Positions 51,823 through 59,823 of a DNA stretch of 64,000 nucleotides are shown one piece after another. Origin of the DNA: an uncultured Candidatus Saccharibacteria bacterium (GTDB lineage Bacteria; Patescibacteriota; Minisyncoccia; RBG-13-40-8-A). How positions within the stretch are numbered: position 1 is the stretch's first letter; each line of letters begins with the position of its first letter. The position numbers and the translations under genes are program-made. The notes under the pieces are model-generated. The model made no database searches. It saw only the letters and a program-made list of their open reading frames with translations, and had not been told where the DNA came from. The stretch spans positions 91,903 to 155,902 of the forward strand of contig OZ246412.1 in the NCBI GenBank assembly GCA_965231075.1. Direction: 5' to 3'.

Positions 51823-52524
51823 ATGACAAATGAAAATAAAAAAACAATAGTTTCCGAAACATTAGCTAAAGAGATGTTTAGTGCTGGTGTTCATTTTGGA
51901 CACAAAAAAGGTAATCATCATCCCAAGATGGAACAATATATACATGGAATTAAGAACAATATCCAGATTATAAATCTTGAAGAAACAATGAAAGGATTGG
52001 AGAGGGCGCTTAATTTCATTAAAGAAATAGTCGATAAAGGCGGAAAAATTCTTTTTGTCGGCATTAGACCACAGGCTCAGTTAATTTTAAAGGAAACTGC
52101 GGAAAAATGTAAAATGCCGTATGTTTCGCTAAGATGGATAGGCGGACTTTTAACAAATTTTAGAACAGTGAGAAAAAGAATCGATCATTTTATTGGTTTG
52201 GAAAAAAAGAGGGAAGAAGGTGATTTAAAGAAATACACCAAGAAAGAACAGAAGGCGTTTGATAAAGAAATCGATAAGCTAAACAAAAATTTCGGAGGAT
52301 TAAAATCGTTAGACAAGTTGCCAGATGCCGTTTTTATCTTGGGAGTAAAAGATCATTTAACAGCAATTAAAGAAGCGAAAATAAAGAAAATTCCCGTCAT
52401 TTCGCTGGTTGACACAGACAGTAATCCAGAATTAGTTGACTATGTTATTCCCGCTAACGATGAAGCGGTGAGTTCATTGCAATTTATACTTAATCAAGTA
52501 GAAAAAGTAATTATCCCTGAATAA
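51823..52524 (+). CDS. rpsB: 30S ribosomal protein S2
   Basis: AGVHFGH, RWIGGLLTNF, IPAND. Confidence 0.96.
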   Translation: MTNENKKTIVSETLAKEMFSAGVHFGHKKGNHHPKMEQYIHGIKNNIQIINLEETMKGLERALNFIKEIVDKGGKILFVGIRPQAQLILKETAEKCKMPYVSLRWIGGLLTNFRTVRKRIDHFIGLEKKREEGDLKKYTKKEQKAFDKEIDKLNKNFGGLKSLDKLPDAVFILGVKDHLTAIKEAKIKKIPVISLVDTDSNPELVDYVIPANDEAVSSLQFILNQVEKVIIPE

Positions 52525-52545
52525 GTACGGGGCAATTATAATAAT

Positions 52546-52995
52546 ATGATATCAGCAGATATAGTTAAACAATTAAGAGAAAAAACAGGCGCATCAATGA
52601 TGGATTGTAAAAAGGCCCTCGAAGAAGCCAGTGGTGACGAAGCAAAGGCGATGGAAATTTTGAAAGGAAACAATAAGCTCACAGCAATGAAAAAAGCCGA
52701 AAGAGTTGCCAATCAAGGCTTAATAGAGGCATATATTCATGCTAATGGCAAGATTGGTGTTTTGCTAGAAATAAAATGTGAAACTGATTTTGTCGCCAAA
52801 AACGAAGAATTTAAAGAATTGGCACACGAAATCGCCATGCATATTGCGGGAATGGACTCAAAAGACCCAGATTCATTATTGTCTGAACCATTTATCAAAA
52901 ATCCTTCAATTACCGTTAAAGATTTAATCGAAGCAAAAATTGGTAAATTAGGAGAGAACATGAGGGTAGAAAAATTTATAAGATACGAATTATAA
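52546..52995 (+). CDS. tsf: Elongation factor Ts (short form)
   Basis: LREKTGASMMDCKKAL, CETDFVA. Confidence 0.94.
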   Translation: MISADIVKQLREKTGASMMDCKKALEEASGDEAKAMEILKGNNKLTAMKKAERVANQGLIEAYIHANGKIGVLLEIKCETDFVAKNEEFKELAHEIAMHIAGMDSKDPDSLLSEPFIKNPSITVKDLIEAKIGKLGENMRVEKFIRYEL

Positions 52996-53008
52996 TTTCT
53001 GTCTAAGT

Positions 53009-53356
53009 ATGGTTATTATTTTTCAGATTCTTTTGGGGTTAGGTATTGCAGGGCTTCTTGTTTTAATTTTTAAAAAGATCCCTGTTATTTTAAATTATCC
53101 GCGCAAGCCATACGAAAACACTTCTCTGAAAGATAGAATCAAGGAAAGGGTAGGAGCGTTAAAAGAAAAAACAGGAGAAAGCGATTTTTTGCACAAATCA
53201 ATTATTCCTAATTTGGAAAAATTCTTAAGGAAATTCAATGTTTTTGTTTTAAGGCTTCATAATTTTTCTGCGAAAATAGTTAATCATTTACGCAAAAAGA
53301 AACAAGAAAAGATAGAGCAAAACGAAGAGAATAATGACCTAGATTTGCCATCTTAG
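53009..53356 (+). CDS. Hypothetical membrane-anchored protein
   Basis: N-terminal TM segment; 3' end overlaps tRNA-Thr. Confidence 0.6.
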   Translation: MVIIFQILLGLGIAGLLVLIFKKIPVILNYPRKPYENTSLKDRIKERVGALKEKTGESDFLHKSIIPNLEKFLRKFNVFVLRLHNFSAKIVNHLRKKKQEKIEQNEENNDLDLPS

Positions 53357-53418
53357 CTCAGCGGCAGAGCAACTGTTTTGTAAACAGTAGGTCCTCGGTT
53401 CAAATCCGAGAGATGGCT
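53347..53418 (+). tRNA. tRNA-Thr(UGU)
   Basis: GCCATCT/AGATGGC stem, loop TTTGTAA. Confidence 0.95.
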
Positions 53419-53423
53419 TTTGG

Positions 53424-53505
53424 GGGAGCGTCGCATAGCGGCTATTGCAACAGACTGTAAATCTGTCGCCTCACGGCTTCGGTGGTTCGAGTCCACCCGC
53501 TCCCA
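53424..53505 (+). tRNA. tRNA-Tyr(GUA)
   Basis: Loop CTGTAAA, long variable arm. Confidence 0.95.
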
Positions 53506-53513
53506 TTCGACTT

Positions 53514-53585
53514 GCCGACGTAGCTCAGTGGTAGAGCGCCTCCATGGTAAGGAGTAGGTCGTGAGTCCAATTCTCACCGTCGGCT
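53514..53585 (+). tRNA. tRNA-Thr(GGU)
   Basis: GCCGACG/CGTCGGC stem, loop ATGGTAA. Confidence 0.93.
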
Positions 53586-53648
53586 TATAATAAGCCCCGA
53601 CGTATAAGTCGGGGTCCCGACCAAAGCGTCGGGATAAATAAAATATAT

Positions 53649-53807
53649 ATGAAAAAAGACTTTACCGTAAAATTAGCTTGTGAAAAGTGTAAGCGCGTCA
53701 ATCATTTTACTCGCAGAAATAAAAAAACTGTTGAGAAAAAATTAGAGCTTTCAAAGTTTTGCAAGTGGTGTAGAAAAAACACCAAACATAAGGAAGCGAA
53801 AAAATAA
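53649..53807 (+). CDS. rpmG: 50S ribosomal protein L33
   Basis: 52 aa: MKKDFTVKLACEKCKRVNHFTRRNKK..KLELSKFCKWCRKNTKHKE. Confidence 0.93.
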   Translation: MKKDFTVKLACEKCKRVNHFTRRNKKTVEKKLELSKFCKWCRKNTKHKEAKK

Positions 53808-53814
53808 TTCGCGA

Positions 53815-53881
53815 GGGGGTGTAGTTTAGTGGTAAAACGATGGTCTCCAACCCCGCAGCTGCGGGGCGATTCCTTCCGGGA
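53815..53881 (+). pseudogene. Disrupted tRNA-Trp copy (5' half plus palindrome)
   Basis: gggggtgtagtttagtggtaaaacgatggtctccaa followed by ccccgcagctgcgggg and cgattcc. Confidence 0.8.
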
Positions 53882-53896
53882 CATAATATTATTATT

Positions 53897-54157
53897 ATGA
53901 TGTATTATGTTTATATTCTTAGAAGTTTAAAAGATAAAAGATTGTATATTGGATATACTTCTGATTTAAAATTACGATACAAAGAACATTGCGATGGCAT
54001 GGTTAAATCCACTGCGAACAGAAGACCGCTAGAGTTAATCTATTATGAGGCCTATAAAAACGAAAAAGACGCGAGAAATAGAGAAAAATACTTAAAAGGC
54101 GGTGGCAAGGCACATAATAATTTAAAACAACAAATCGAAAATAGTATGGGCCTGTAG
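53897..54157 (+). CDS. Small GIY-YIG nuclease
   Basis: YYVYIL..LYIGYTSDL..R..EH, LIYYE, REKYLK. Confidence 0.9.
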   Translation: MMYYVYILRSLKDKRLYIGYTSDLKLRYKEHCDGMVKSTANRRPLELIYYEAYKNEKDARNREKYLKGGGKAHNNLKQQIENSMGL

Positions 54158-54218
54158 TTTAGTGGTAGAACGATGGTCTCCAAAACCATTGGTGGGAGTC
54201 CGATTCTCTCCAGGCCCG
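54148..54218 (+). tRNA. tRNA-Trp(CCA)
   Basis: GGGCCTG/CAGGCCC stem, loop CTCCAAA. Confidence 0.92.
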
Positions 54219-54227
54219 ATTGCTTGA

Positions 54228-54275
54228 GATGGGTCTCCAACCCCGCAGCTGCGGGGCGATTCTCTCCAGGCCCGA
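54228..54275 (+). pseudogene. Partial tRNA-Trp duplicate with palindrome replacement
   Basis: gatgggtctccaa + ccccgcagctgcgggg + cgattctctccaggcccga (identical to the tRNA 3' end). Confidence 0.8.
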
Positions 54276-54281
54276 ACGAAT

Positions 54282-55256
54282 ATGTCCATAAAACAAATAT
54301 TCGAAAAAATAATAAAATTATTTGGCAATAGAAAAGCAGTAATAATATTTTTTGCTGTTTTGTTTTTTTTAATCTTGGCCCTGGGATTAGTACAGCCCAA
54401 ATGTAGTGGAGAAGACAAAATAATAGTTATTGAAAGGGGGTTGGGATCTGATGAAACCGCACAACTTTTAAAAGACAATGGGATTATAAACAATAAGTGG
54501 GGATTCGTATTTTATTTATGGATAAGTGGCGGGGTCAATCACATTAAAGCAGGAGAATATTTATTAAATTCGAACATGACAATGTCAAAAATTGCTAAGA
54601 TTATTGTCAACGGTGAAATCAACAAGAATTACGTGAAAATTACCATCCCCGAAGGATGGGATATTAAAAAAATCGAAGCACGACTAAAAGACAACGATGT
54701 AATTGCCCAAGATGCAAAAATTCCGCTAGAGAACGAAGGCTATTTATTTCCCGATACGTATTATTTTTACACAAATTCTAGCGTTGATTTGGTAGTAAAA
54801 AAAATGCGCGATAATTTCATGCAAAAAATAAGTGAAATTTCTCCAGAACTTTTAATTGATTCAAGTATGAAATTACGCGATACAATTATTATGGCTAGTA
54901 TTGTGGAAAAGGAAACAAAAACTTATGCCGATAAAAAAATTGTTGCAGGAATTTTTTGGAAAAGGATTAAGAAAAACATGGCATTGCAGTCCTGTGCAAC
55001 AATATCGTATATTTTAGGCGTTGATAAGGCGCAATATACTTATAAAGACACGCGCATAGAATCGCCTTATAATACTTATTTACATGTCGGTCTTCCTCCG
55101 GGACCAATAAACAATCCGGGACTGTGGGCGATTAAGGCAACTTTAAATCCAGAAACAACAGATTATCTGTATTTTTTAAGCGCTCCAGACGGAACAATGA
55201 TTTATTCTCGCACAGCCGAAGAACATAATGAAAACAAGGTAAAATATTTAAATTAA
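54282..55256 (+). CDS. mltG: Endolytic transglycosylase MltG
   Basis: TIPEG, EGYLFPDTY, ASIVEKE, SPYNTY..GLPPGPI. Confidence 0.93.
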   Translation: MSIKQIFEKIIKLFGNRKAVIIFFAVLFFLILALGLVQPKCSGEDKIIVIERGLGSDETAQLLKDNGIINNKWGFVFYLWISGGVNHIKAGEYLLNSNMTMSKIAKIIVNGEINKNYVKITIPEGWDIKKIEARLKDNDVIAQDAKIPLENEGYLFPDTYYFYTNSSVDLVVKKMRDNFMQKISEISPELLIDSSMKLRDTIIMASIVEKETKTYADKKIVAGIFWKRIKKNMALQSCATISYILGVDKAQYTYKDTRIESPYNTYLHVGLPPGPINNPGLWAIKATLNPETTDYLYFLSAPDGTMIYSRTAEEHNENKVKYLN

Positions 55257-55285
55257 ATGGGCCCCGACGCAAGGTCGGGGTAAAC

Positions 55286-55314
55286 TTGACACAACAATTT
55301 AAATATAATAGTAT
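55286..55314 (+). promoter_or_regulatory. rplJL promoter
   Basis: TTGACA-17-TAGTAT, 5 bp after the palindrome ccccgacgcaaggtcgggg. Confidence 0.7.
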
Positions 55315-55327
55315 AACAACATAATTA

Positions 55328-55440
55328 AATGGTCGTAGACAACAGGTTGCGAAAGCTTAAATCCTGTCGAGACTGAAAAGTTTGCGAGTCGAGTACTCAC
55401 GAATTTAGAGGTTTGTCTGCGGAAAGGTCGCAGATTTTTA
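55328..55440 (+). promoter_or_regulatory. L10 leader (autoregulatory RNA)
   Basis: gtcgtagacaacagg...ttaaatcctgtcgagac kink-turn-like core upstream of rplJ. Confidence 0.7.
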
Positions 55441-55450
55441 ATTTAAAAAC

Positions 55451-55966
55451 ATGTTAACAAAAAAACAAAAACAGGAAATTGTCGAAGAATTGGCTGGCAA
55501 GATTAAGCGCCAAAAATCTTTGATTTTTACCGATGCCAAGGGAGTCAAGGTTAAAGACGTTCAGGCGGTAAGAAAAGAGTTGAAAAAATTAGATGCCGAA
55601 TATAAAGTCGCAAAAAAAACTTTAATTGATTTGGCTCTAAAAAAAGAGGGCAAAGAAATAAATCTATCTGAATTTAGTGGATCTTTGGCCTCGAGTTTTG
55701 GATACAACGATCCAATATCTTTAATCAAGGTTCTTACCAAACTAGCTAAAACCAATGATAAGTTTAAAATCTTGGGTGGTATGGTTGAGGGCAGAGTTCT
55801 GTCGGCGTCAGAAATCAAAGAATTATCAAAAATTCCTTCTAAAGAAATTTTATTGGCCAAGTTGGTTGGTTCAATAAAAAGTCCAATCAGTGGTTTTGCA
55901 AATGTGTTGCAAGGAAATCTAAGGAATTTAGTGGGCGTGTTAAACGCAATTAAGGATAATAAATAA
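55451..55966 (+). CDS. rplJ: 50S ribosomal protein L10
   Basis: VAKKTLI, LSKIPSKEILLAKL. Confidence 0.95.
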   Translation: MLTKKQKQEIVEELAGKIKRQKSLIFTDAKGVKVKDVQAVRKELKKLDAEYKVAKKTLIDLALKKEGKEINLSEFSGSLASSFGYNDPISLIKVLTKLAKTNDKFKILGGMVEGRVLSASEIKELSKIPSKEILLAKLVGSIKSPISGFANVLQGNLRNLVGVLNAIKDNK

Positions 55967-55984
55967 TTAACATTAAACAAACAC

Positions 55985-56395
55985 ATGACTGAAGAAAAAA
56001 AAGATGTTCAAGTTCCCGAAAAATTCAAAAAATTAGTCGATGAAATTGAAAAAATGACTGTTATGGATTTATCGGAACTTGTAAAAGTTTTAGAAGAAAA
56101 ATTTGGAGTTAGCGCGATGGCTGCTATGCCAATGATGGCTGGTGGTGCCGCTGGCGGTGGTGAACCCGCAGAGAAAGCCGAAAAAACAGCTTTTAATGTT
56201 GAATTAAAAGCGGCTGGAGATCAAAAAATTCAAGTAATTAAAATTGTCGGTGAAATTACCGGACTTGGGTTAAAAGAATCGAAGGCAATTGTTGACGGCG
56301 CTCCAAAGATTATTAAAGAAAACGTAAAGAAAGAAGAAGCCGAAGAAATGAAGACCAAATTGGAAGGCGTCGGCGCAACCGTGGAATTAAAATAA
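55985..56395 (+). CDS. rplL: 50S ribosomal protein L7/L12
   Basis: [24 protein letters not shown]. Confidence 0.97.
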   Translation: MTEEKKDVQVPEKFKKLVDEIEKMTVMDLSELVKVLEEKFGVSAMAAMPMMAGGAAGGGEPAEKAEKTAFNVELKAAGDQKIQVIKIVGEITGLGLKESKAIVDGAPKIIKENVKKEEAEEMKTKLEGVGATVELK

Positions 56396-56410
56396 TTTCA
56401 TAGAGCTTTA

Positions 56411-56447
56411 AATAAAAACACCCCGCAACCGCGGGGTGTTTTTATTT
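56411..56447. terminator. Bidirectional terminator
   Basis: aataaaaacaccccgc-aacc-gcggggtgtttttatt. Confidence 0.8.
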
Positions 56448-56454
56448 GTTTGTA

Positions 56455-58440
56455 TTAGATTTCGATTTTATAAACTTCGGACCCATTCAATAAATAAATT
56501 ACACTTTCATCGTAATCAACCCAGAAGTCCTTAAGATTGTTAAGTTCCGATATGAAATATTGTTTTATTAATCCATCTTTTTTGTTGTAAGAAATAATTC
56601 GGGTATTGGTTTTGTCTAAAATGTAAAGATTTTTAAAATCAGAATGGGTAAATAATTTTTCTACACTAAATAGGGCGGGGGAGATGTCTATTTTAAGTTC
56701 TTTATTTTTCTTGCCCTGAGAATATTGAATAATTTTTCCGTTTGACAACGCTACATACACATCGCCATCCACGGCCAGAGAGACGGCATCCTTTAGTTCG
56801 TCGGTTGGGCCTTGCATGATCCATTGCGAACCATTTAAAATATCTTCCGTTTTCGAGTATTTAAAAACATTTAGTTTTTGTGTGTCCAGAAAAAATAGAT
56901 TATCGCCATAAGTCGCCATGCTTTTAATGTTTAGGGTATTCTCTAGATTTGGTTTTAATAAATAAATATTATAATTTTCGTTATAATTGTAAACAGCAAT
57001 TTTTTCTGGATTAGCCAACAGTAACACCTCGTTATTTGTTGCGGTTCCCAATTTAAACGTATCTTTTGACGAAAGAAATATAAGCTTCGACGAATTATCG
57101 ATTAAGTCGATTCTGTGCAAAAATCCAGAGCTTAATTCGTAAAGATAAACAATATTTTCTAATTTAATTAGTCCTTGAGGATTAAACGGATAAACGCTTT
57201 GTGATAAGTCAGCGATTTTTTCGGGTGATTCAATATTAATGACATTGTTAAGGCTATTTTTTTGTTGATCGAATAATTCTTGAGCAGATTGTAGGCTTTG
57301 AGAAACTTTATTTTTTGCACCCAAGGGAAGACTGATAAACAACAAATTCACATTCTCTAATAATGTGGTTGCCTGTTTTAAAAAGGCCTTTGCTTCTGAC
57401 TGGTTTTGATAAATTAAGGACAACTTGCTTCGGTCGACATTTTCTTGGGTGCGCTGTATAAGGTTGTTGATTTGTCTAATTTTAATGTCGTAATTTATCT
57501 TTAATATAAAATAAGGTGCAATAAGAATATTTAACATTACGAACAAAACCAGAAGATATTTTATAATTTGATATCGGAAAAAGAACATTGTTGTTTTGCC
57601 GGGAAGGGTGATTTGGTCTTTGATAATTTTATCAATTTTATCTATTTTAAAATCTATTGTTTTTTTAAAATTAAATTTAATTTCCGTTGATTGATCCGCG
57701 TTGTTATTGGTTTCGATTTGAGTTAAATGAGAAATCTCGTGTTTTTCTAGTTTTTGAATCGACGCGTCTAATAACAAACAGGCTAATGAGTTTGATTCTG
57801 ATAAACTATTTTTAACGTGATGATAAAACTTATCGGTCGTAAAGCCAGAGATCATTTCTTTTATTTTGGAAGCGGTAACGATTTTTAAAATATTAACAGT
57901 GCTAATTAGAATTTTATCGCCATGTTCAATTTCTCCGCTAGCAATATTAGAAAATGTTCTAGTTGGTTCGGGGGCATCTGGAGATTCAAATTTCTTGCTG
58001 ATATTGGACGCGGTGTCGTTACGGAACAATTGTACGATCATTTTACCGGTTTGTCCCACATGAATTTTGCCTCCAGAAAAAGACAAACAAACAAAATTTA
58101 AGTTATCGATCCACTCATTGTGTCCTTTCTTTGCAAAATCAGCTAAATAGATATTAGCACTTTGTAATGCCGATTCTAATGCTTCCAACGAACTTCTTTG
58201 TGGGTTAGAATAAAAATCTCTACGAATTGCCGAACTTAAAAGATTTAAAATAAAATCAGAATTTTTATATTTCTTTTTCGGAATATTGGTAATTTCTCCA
58301 ACAATATAAAGATTGCCAAGTTTCAAATCCTGTTCGTCAATAGCTTCATACGAAAAAACCCCACAAATTGAATCTTTTTTCTTTTTGGGGTCTTGATAGA
58401 CGATTTCTCGGTAATACAAATTAAGATTTTCTGAATCCAT
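56455..58440 (-). CDS. Large membrane protein with PP2C-like N-terminus and beta-propeller-like C-terminus
   Basis: LESALQSANIYL region, one TM segment, repeated LYILD/VYVA strands; domain calls are inferred. Confidence 0.65.
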   Translation of the reverse strand: MDSENLNLYYREIVYQDPKKKKDSICGVFSYEAIDEQDLKLGNLYIVGEITNIPKKKYKNSDFILNLLSSAIRRDFYSNPQRSSLEALESALQSANIYLADFAKKGHNEWIDNLNFVCLSFSGGKIHVGQTGKMIVQLFRNDTASNISKKFESPDAPEPTRTFSNIASGEIEHGDKILISTVNILKIVTASKIKEMISGFTTDKFYHHVKNSLSESNSLACLLLDASIQKLEKHEISHLTQIETNNNADQSTEIKFNFKKTIDFKIDKIDKIIKDQITLPGKTTMFFFRYQIIKYLLVLFVMLNILIAPYFILKINYDIKIRQINNLIQRTQENVDRSKLSLIYQNQSEAKAFLKQATTLLENVNLLFISLPLGAKNKVSQSLQSAQELFDQQKNSLNNVINIESPEKIADLSQSVYPFNPQGLIKLENIVYLYELSSGFLHRIDLIDNSSKLIFLSSKDTFKLGTATNNEVLLLANPEKIAVYNYNENYNIYLLKPNLENTLNIKSMATYGDNLFFLDTQKLNVFKYSKTEDILNGSQWIMQGPTDELKDAVSLAVDGDVYVALSNGKIIQYSQGKKNKELKIDISPALFSVEKLFTHSDFKNLYILDKTNTRIISYNKKDGLIKQYFISELNNLKDFWVDYDESVIYLLNGSEVYKIEI

Positions 58441-58504
58441 TAATATCATTTTAACATTAAAAAAACCTTTACAAAAGGGGAATTTAGAGGTAGGATGGTG
58501 ATAT

Positions 58505-59290
58505 ATGAAAAAGAAGATGAAGAAAACCAAGAAGATAGCCAAAAAGTCCGTTAAAAAGACGCGGAAACGAATTTTAAAGCACAAAAAAACGATAAAAAGG
58601 ACCCACAAGAAAACCAATAAGACCCGCAAGGTTAAAACAATTAAGAGGGCCAATAAGAAAGTTAAAAAGATTAAGAAGAACAAGGTTAGAGCGTCTAAAC
58701 CTAAGAATGTAGTTGGGAGGGGAACACTTGAACAATTATTTGAGTCATTGGCGAAGGTTAAGTTGATGAAATTCTTTTTTAGAAACCCGGTAGATGCGTT
58801 TCAAATTAGAGAAATTTTAAAAATGGTAAGAACAAATAATTCTGCTGTAAAACAAGAAATCAAAAAATTAGAGAAAATTGGTTTAATCGAAAGTCGCAAA
58901 AGACAAGGAAGAATAGTTTATTCTTTGAACAACAATTTTGACTTCCTAAAAGAATTAAAAGATTTAATTTTAAAATCAACCATCTCTTCAAAAAGTGAAC
59001 TAATTAACAATGTGCGCAAAATAGGCAATGTAAAACTATTGGTTTTGGCAGGAATTTTTAGAAATAGCGAAATTGATGGAGCAGACATATTAATTGTAGG
59101 AGATAAAATTAACACCAGAAAATTAATTACATTCACCAAAGATTTAGAGGCAGAGGTGGGCAAAGAATTAAATTGTGCAACTATGTCAGCAAAAGAATTT
59201 AATTATCGTTATGATATGTATGACCGTTTCGTTAGAGATTTAATTAACGAAAACAAAGACATTTTGATTAACAAGTTGAATTTGTGGTAA
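58505..59290 (+). CDS. Lys-rich tail plus winged-HTH plus nucleotidyltransferase-like protein
   Basis: About 65-aa K/R-rich N-terminus, LF.S.AKVKLM.FF, LAGIF..D.DILIVGD. Confidence 0.7.
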   Translation: MKKKMKKTKKIAKKSVKKTRKRILKHKKTIKRTHKKTNKTRKVKTIKRANKKVKKIKKNKVRASKPKNVVGRGTLEQLFESLAKVKLMKFFFRNPVDAFQIREILKMVRTNNSAVKQEIKKLEKIGLIESRKRQGRIVYSLNNNFDFLKELKDLILKSTISSKSELINNVRKIGNVKLLVLAGIFRNSEIDGADILIVGDKINTRKLITFTKDLEAEVGKELNCATMSAKEFNYRYDMYDRFVRDLINENKDILINKLNLW

Positions 59291-59307
59291 AATATGGGCT
59301 AGAACCG

Positions 59308-59379
59308 GGGCGTGTAGTTCAGTGGTAGAACGTTGCATTCACATTGCAAAGATCCATGGTTCGAGTCCATGCACGCCCA
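59308..59379 (+). tRNA. tRNA-Val(CAC)
   Basis: GGGCGTG/CACGCCC stem, loop TTCACAT. Confidence 0.93.
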
Positions 59380-59447
59380 AAAAAGAAATAAATCGATTTT
59401 TGTCGGTTTATTTTTTTATTTCCTAAAATATTGTATAATGTATAAGT

Positions 59448-59822
59448 ATGATAGTTTTGATATTTTGGAGATGGTATTATGGGGAAGCGCTGAAAAATGT
59501 TTTAACTGCATGGCGAAATTTTATTATTTTTGCTATCAATTATTTTTCCATTCCTTTATTGTTAAAAACTTTAATTTCTCCGTGGAGGAGAGATATTACT
59601 AAAAGACCGCGCGGGCTTGATTTGAAAAAGTTTTTTGAGTATTTGGCGTTTAATGCTATTTCTCGTGGAATAGGTTTTTTGATTAGATTTTTCACGATTA
59701 TTGTAGGGATTGTATATTTATTGCTTACCATTGTTTTTGGGGCAATATTTTTTGTTTTGTGGATCGTTTTACCCTTATTAATATTAGGGTTATTAATTTT
59801 TGCCATAACACTATTAGTTTAA
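59448..59822 (+). CDS. Membrane protein adjacent to the Clp-like ATPase
   Basis: WYY, FSIPLLLKTLISPWRR, C-terminal TM segments. Confidence 0.75.
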   Translation: MIVLIFWRWYYGEALKNVLTAWRNFIIFAINYFSIPLLLKTLISPWRRDITKRPRGLDLKKFFEYLAFNAISRGIGFLIRFFTIIVGIVYLLLTIVFGAIFFVLWIVLPLLILGLLIFAITLLV

Positions 59823-59823
59823 T

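Noticed and set aside
53353-54493. ORFs 53353..53577, 53702..53884, 54052..54240, 54122..54493 and the 53840 start
   Set aside because: They are shadows of tRNAs, rpmG, the GIY-YIG gene and mltG.
58441-58683. Hydrophobic N-terminal extension of the 742-aa minus-strand ORF
   Set aside because: It is the antisense shadow of the Lys-rich tail of 58505..59290; the real start is more likely near 58440-58449.
59333-59602. 89-aa ORF (and similarly 15095..15280)
   Set aside because: Each overlaps a tRNA gene and has no protein features.
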